Below are positions 33,709 to 37,456 of a stretch of 37,456 nucleotides of DNA, in pieces. The notes under the pieces are model-generated. The model did no database searches. It saw only the letters and a program-made list of their open reading frames with translations, and was not told where the DNA came from. Source of the DNA: Myxococcota bacterium (GTDB taxonomy: Bacteria; Myxococcota; XYA12-FULL-58-9; JALHOP01); the NCBI GenBank assembly GCA_041288095.1, contig JBGGMJ010000169.1, positions 1 through 37,456 of the forward strand. The letters are read 5' to 3'. Position numbers and translations under genes: made by a program. Within the stretch, counting starts at the first letter, position 1. Every line of letters starts with the position of its first letter.

Positions 33709-36021
33709 GTGTCGCAACGAAACTACTTTTTGACGGGAGCCGTGGTCGCGATGGCCGCCGGCTTCATGGCGCACGATGCGCGCGCCGAGCGCACAGGGAC
33801 CGCGACGACGCTGTCCGCTGAAACCGACAGCCCGACGCTCGTGGCGCAAGCCAAGACGAAGAAGGCTAAGGGCACCAAGGCCGGCAAGAGCAAGAAGGGC
33901 AAGGCCGCCACCGGCCAGACGACTCCGCCACCGGCACCCGCCTCGAAACCCGCGGCGGCGCCCGCGGCCGCGACTGCCAAGACACCTCCGGCTCAACCCG
34001 CCGCGCCCGCGGCCCCCTCGCAGGTCCTCGACCTCTCGGACACGAAGAACGACGAAGCGGCTCGCCAAGAGGTGCTCTCCGGCGGCGCCGCCAAGCCGGC
34101 GGCCGGTGGCTTCGACTTCGGTGGCGGCGCGACCGACAACAAGGGCGGCAGCAAGGCCGGCAGCGACTTCGACTTCGGCGAGGTCGAGCTCGATATGGGC
34201 AAGCTCCAGACCGCTTCGGTCGAAAATCAGCGCTTCGAGAAAGCGCTCAGCATGATGAGCGACGAGAAGTTCGAAGCCGCGGCGCTCGAGTTCCGCTACT
34301 TCCTCGACGATCCGAAGTTCGCCGAGGTGCATCCCGAGGCGCAGTACCAGCTCGCCAAATCGCTCTACAAGCTCGGCTTCCTCGAGAGCTCGCTCGATCG
34401 CTTCAAGCAGATCCTCGACGCCGGCCCCTCGCACCGCCGCTACAAGAAGTCGGTCGAGTGGCTCTTCTTCATCAGCCGCAAGATGGCGGACGAGACGCCA
34501 GTTTTGGCGGAGCTCGCCAAGTTCCGTAACGTCAACTTCCCCAAGGCGTACCGCAACGAGTATCGCTACTTGCTCTCGAAGTATCTGTTCATCCAAGCGA
34601 ACCGCTTCGAAGTCGCGCGCGTCCAAGAGGAAGAGCTGCAGCGCAACAAGAAGCGCGTCCAGGGCTTCGACTTCGGCGCGGCCCAGAACGCCGTCGAGTC
34701 CGGCGCGGCGAGCTTCGACTTCTCGGCGCTCGGCGGCGGCGAGCTCGATTTCGGAGGCGGCGACGCCAAGGGCAAGGGTGCCAAGGCGCCCGCCAAGGAC
34801 AGCGGCGGTTCCTTCGACTTCGGCGCGCCCTCGGGTGGCGCTATGGACTTCGGCGCGCCCGCGCCGGATCCCACGGTGGCCGACGGCCCCGTCCGCGAAG
34901 GCGGACCGGCAAACGCCAAGGAAGCGATCCGCCAGGGTCTCGAGTTCGTCTCGGAGGTCGAGCCGGACAGCAAGTTCTACGCGAACGCCAAATATCTCGA
35001 GGGTCTGCTCCAGTACCTGGCCGGCGCCGATCAAGCCGCGGTCAACGCCTGGCAAGAAGTCGTACGCGTCCTGAATCCGCGTGGCGGCGCCCGTCTCGAT
35101 CCGAAGCTGCGCGAGATGGCGTTCTTGTCCCTCGCCCGCGTCCACTACGGCTACAAGCAGTTCGACCGCGCCGCGTACTATTACGATCAGATCGACCGCG
35201 ACAGCGAAAACTGGCTGACCGCGCTCTTCGAGGCGAGCTGGTCGTATTATCGCCGCGGCGACTTCGAGAAGGCGCTCGGTAACCTCCTGACGCTGCACTC
35301 GCCGTTCTTCGAGCGCGAGTACTTCCCCGAGTCACAGCTCGTCAAAGCCATCATCTACTTCGAGGCTTGCCGCTACGGCGAGGCGCGCCAGATCACCGAC
35401 GGGTTCATCGACCGCTACACGACGGTCATGAACGAGATCGACAAGCTCGCCGCGAGCGGCGAGTCGGGCGAGAAGATCTACGACCGTATCGCGCAGCTCC
35501 AGTCCGGTGGCAGCGACGACGACGTCACCGCGCGTCTCGTCAGCCTCGCCCTGAGCGATCCGGAGATCCGCACCTCGCGCGCCGTGCTCACCCAAGTGAA
35601 CGAGCAGCAGACGCAGCTCTCAAAGATGTCGGAGCAGTTCCGCACCAGCAAGCTCGGTGAAGAGACCAAGGACAGCATCGCCAAGGCCCAGATCGCGCAT
35701 GCGAAGGAAGCCGGCGAAGTCACGCGCAAGAAGTTCGAGCGTGAGCTCTACGCCCTGAAGGGCCTCTTGGGTCAGGCGCTCCGCGTCAAGCTCGAGGTTG
35801 CCCGCGCCGAGCGCGAGAACATCGAGGGTAAGATTCGCGGCGATGCCGGCGGCGACAAGATCGTCCCGGCGGTACCGCGCACGGTCGTCGACGACGAGCA
35901 CCACTACTGGCCCTACGAAGGCGAGTACTGGCGTGACGAGCTCGGCACCTACGAGCTCGACTTCAGCATGTGCCGGCCGGAAGGCGTGCCCGTGGCTGCC
36001 GCGGGCGGCACCGGGCAGTAG
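33709..36021 (+). CDS. gltC: Gliding motility TPR protein GltC-like
   Basis: Signal peptide, low-complexity N-terminus, TPR helices (EAQYQLAKSLYKLG, ALFEASWSYY, ALGNLLTLHSPFF) and the characteristic C-terminal YWPYEGEYWRDELGTY. Confidence 0.85.
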   Translation: MSQRNYFLTGAVVAMAAGFMAHDARAERTGTATTLSAETDSPTLVAQAKTKKAKGTKAGKSKKGKAATGQTTPPPAPASKPAAAPAAATAKTPPAQPAAPAAPSQVLDLSDTKNDEAARQEVLSGGAAKPAAGGFDFGGGATDNKGGSKAGSDFDFGEVELDMGKLQTASVENQRFEKALSMMSDEKFEAAALEFRYFLDDPKFAEVHPEAQYQLAKSLYKLGFLESSLDRFKQILDAGPSHRRYKKSVEWLFFISRKMADETPVLAELAKFRNVNFPKAYRNEYRYLLSKYLFIQANRFEVARVQEEELQRNKKRVQGFDFGAAQNAVESGAASFDFSALGGGELDFGGGDAKGKGAKAPAKDSGGSFDFGAPSGGAMDFGAPAPDPTVADGPVREGGPANAKEAIRQGLEFVSEVEPDSKFYANAKYLEGLLQYLAGADQAAVNAWQEVVRVLNPRGGARLDPKLREMAFLSLARVHYGYKQFDRAAYYYDQIDRDSENWLTALFEASWSYYRRGDFEKALGNLLTLHSPFFEREYFPESQLVKAIIYFEACRYGEARQITDGFIDRYTTVMNEIDKLAASGESGEKIYDRIAQLQSGGSDDDVTARLVSLALSDPEIRTSRAVLTQVNEQQTQLSKMSEQFRTSKLGEETKDSIAKAQIAHAKEAGEVTRKKFERELYALKGLLGQALRVKLEVARAERENIEGKIRGDAGGDKIVPAVPRTVVDDEHHYWPYEGEYWRDELGTYELDFSMCRPEGVPVAAAGGTGQ

Positions 36022-36032
36022 AGGCGTCGCGC

Positions 36033-37019
36033 TTGGCGCGTGTCGGCAACGACCTTCGCCAGGCCGCACCCTTGCCCGCTGCGGCGGACACGAAGCGCGC
36101 ACTACCGCTTACCGTCCAGCCGTCCTGGGCGTCGCTTGACGCGATCGATGGCGCGTCCAAGGGCGAGCACCCGGTCGTCCTCGAGCGCGACCTCGTCGCG
36201 CTGATCGCGCGCGGTGAATGGGAGACCCTGCGCGGAGCGATTGCGCGTGCCGTCAGTGGCCCGCTCCACGAGCTGGCGAAACGGCCGATGACGGGCATCG
36301 GGTCCGAGCGTTCAGTCCGATTTTTCGCCGATTCGGTGATTGCGTTGAAGCGTGACTGGGGGCGGCAGTCTCCGCAGCAGCGCGCCGACAGGCTGCTCCT
36401 CGCCGTCAACGCCGAGCTCCTGCGCGCGTCCATCCCCGCGGTCACGCGGATCGAGGTCGTCGACTTGGCCGCGCGCGCCGCGATGGAACGACGTTGGTCT
36501 TGCAGCGTCAACCGCGCCCTCGTCGACAGCCCGACCATCGACAACGTGCGGCTCTTGCTCGTGGCGGCGACGGTGTTTCATGAGGCGCGACACGCCGAGC
36601 AATTCTTTCGCATAGCTCGCCTGATGGCGACGCTCGGATGGCCGGCGGCGGAGATCAGCAGAGTCTTAGGGCTCCCCTCGGCGATCGTCGAGGAAGCGGC
36701 ACGGCAACCCTTGCCGCCCGGCGACGAGCACGAGGAAGCGAGGGTCTGGATGCAAGCCTTCGTGACCGACGCGCCTGAGACCGAGAAGATCGTAGCGCAG
36801 GTTCTCCAGGTGGTGCCCGCGCTCGCGGGTGTGCGTGCGCAGGCGCAGTCCGCGCTCACCACGGGGCGCGCCATGGAGCACGCCCGTGCCGTGCTCGACG
36901 CCTCCATTCGTGCCACCGAGGTGGCCTATATCGCGTACCGCGCCATTCCCTACGAGCAGGACGCCAAGGTGGCCGAGATCCGCGCGGCGAATGCCATCGC
37001 GGACGCCATGCGCGCCTGA
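36033..37019 (+). CDS. Orphan putative zinc metallopeptidase (HEXXH)
   Basis: Start moved to the TTG at 36033 (AGAGG RBS, 11 nt after the gltC stop). TVFHEARHAEQFFRIAR and distal YRAIPYEQDA (candidate third ligand E). No signal peptide. Confidence 0.65.
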   Translation: MARVGNDLRQAAPLPAAADTKRALPLTVQPSWASLDAIDGASKGEHPVVLERDLVALIARGEWETLRGAIARAVSGPLHELAKRPMTGIGSERSVRFFADSVIALKRDWGRQSPQQRADRLLLAVNAELLRASIPAVTRIEVVDLAARAAMERRWSCSVNRALVDSPTIDNVRLLLVAATVFHEARHAEQFFRIARLMATLGWPAAEISRVLGLPSAIVEEAARQPLPPGDEHEEARVWMQAFVTDAPETEKIVAQVLQVVPALAGVRAQAQSALTTGRAMEHARAVLDASIRATEVAYIAYRAIPYEQDAKVAEIRAANAIADAMRA

Positions 37020-37114
37020 TCGATCACGGCTCCGGCCTGTAGGTTGTGACCGACGACTGTTGGACGCGTACCGCAACCGAGCCTGCCCTGTTGGCATGTA
37101 GGGCCATTCTGCAC

Positions 37115-37130
37115 AGGCACGCCGTTTGCT
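37115..37130 (+). promoter_or_regulatory. Sigma-54 (-24/-12) promoter
   Basis: AGGCACGCCGTTTGCT versus consensus TGGCACG-N4-TTGCW, with correct GG-N10-GC spacing. Intergenic, 26 nt upstream of an open frame. Confidence 0.7.
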
Positions 37131-37156
37131 TCTCACCTTCCTCGTGGGGGTGTGGC

Positions 37157-37456
37157 GTGGGCGTGAGAACCGATCTGAACAGCGGCATTCGTGGATTCGA
37201 AACACTGCACTTAGCGGACCTTGGGCAGGCGGGTGAGGAGCGGCTCCTTGGTGAGCGGGCGAGGGCGCGAGGAGAGCTGACTCCGGCGCCGCAATCGCGG
37301 CCGCGCATTTTGCGGGTGGATGCTCCGGCCGCCTCGGGCCTGCCAAGCTCGGAAGAACCGGCGCCGACCTCGACGAACGTGGCGACCACCGCGGCGAGCA
37401 ACGTCGCGGCGCCCGCGACGGCGAGCAGCCCCAGCGCTCCAACGCCGGCGAGCGGA
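37157..37456 (+). CDS. Hypothetical protein, N-terminal low-complexity part, truncated by the window edge
   Basis: The frame is open from GTG 37157 (or 37163) to the window end (RTDLNSGIRG...DAPAASGLPSSEEPAPTSTNVATT...), behind GGGGG and the sigma-54 motif. Absent from the ORF track because there is no stop. Confidence 0.45.
   Translation, partial: MGVRTDLNSGIRGFETLHLADLGQAGEERLLGERARARGELTPAPQSRPRILRVDAPAASGLPSSEEPAPTSTNVATTAASNVAAPATASSPSAPTPASG

Noticed and set aside
36666..37442. Minus-strand ORFs 36666-37442 and 37024-37401
   Set aside because: Low-information translations. One overlaps the HEXXH gene, and the sigma-54 motif favours a plus-strand gene here.

Overview
This is a high-GC, gene-dense chromosomal window, most likely from a Myxococcota (myxobacteria-like) organism. 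The evidence is a cglC/gltB/gltA/gltC gliding-motility cluster, a TIGR02266 PilZ protein and a MYXO-CTERM-type sorted subtilase. The left part (1-15.2 kb) has a minus-strand run of ilvE, an orphan HEXXH protein, a small orphan, an SRPBCC-like protein, an MDR oxidoreductase and a truncated membrane sensor. It continues with a SurA/PrsA-like PPIase, an M14 peptidase, a REC-GAF-HD-GYP protein, an S8 protease, a cNMP-binding protein and a RapA-like SNF2 ATPase. The right part (27.4-37.5 kb) has a membrane gluzincin/TPR protein, a plpA-like PilZ gene, DUF192, two Cys-rich CglC-type lipoproteins, gltB-gltA-gltC, a second orphan HEXXH protein and a partial gene behind a sigma-54 promoter. The most unusual segment is a ~12 kb accessory block (15.2-27.4 kb) of seven genes: a repeat-tailed helical orphan, a Cys-His-Asp papain/transglutaminase-like protein, an SCP2-like protein, TelA, an orphan with a gapless 127-aa domain duplication, a TPM-like membrane/coiled-coil protein with a buried signal peptide, and a DUF1795/DcrB-like protein. 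Its three transcription units are each preceded by the same GCA[AC]C-N14/15-[CG]CCGATAA motif, whose downstream half resembles the sigma-28 -10 box. This is a candidate co-regulated effector or envelope-targeting system. No rRNA, tRNA, CRISPR array or mobile element was seen. All family assignments come from motif recognition by eye, not from database searches.
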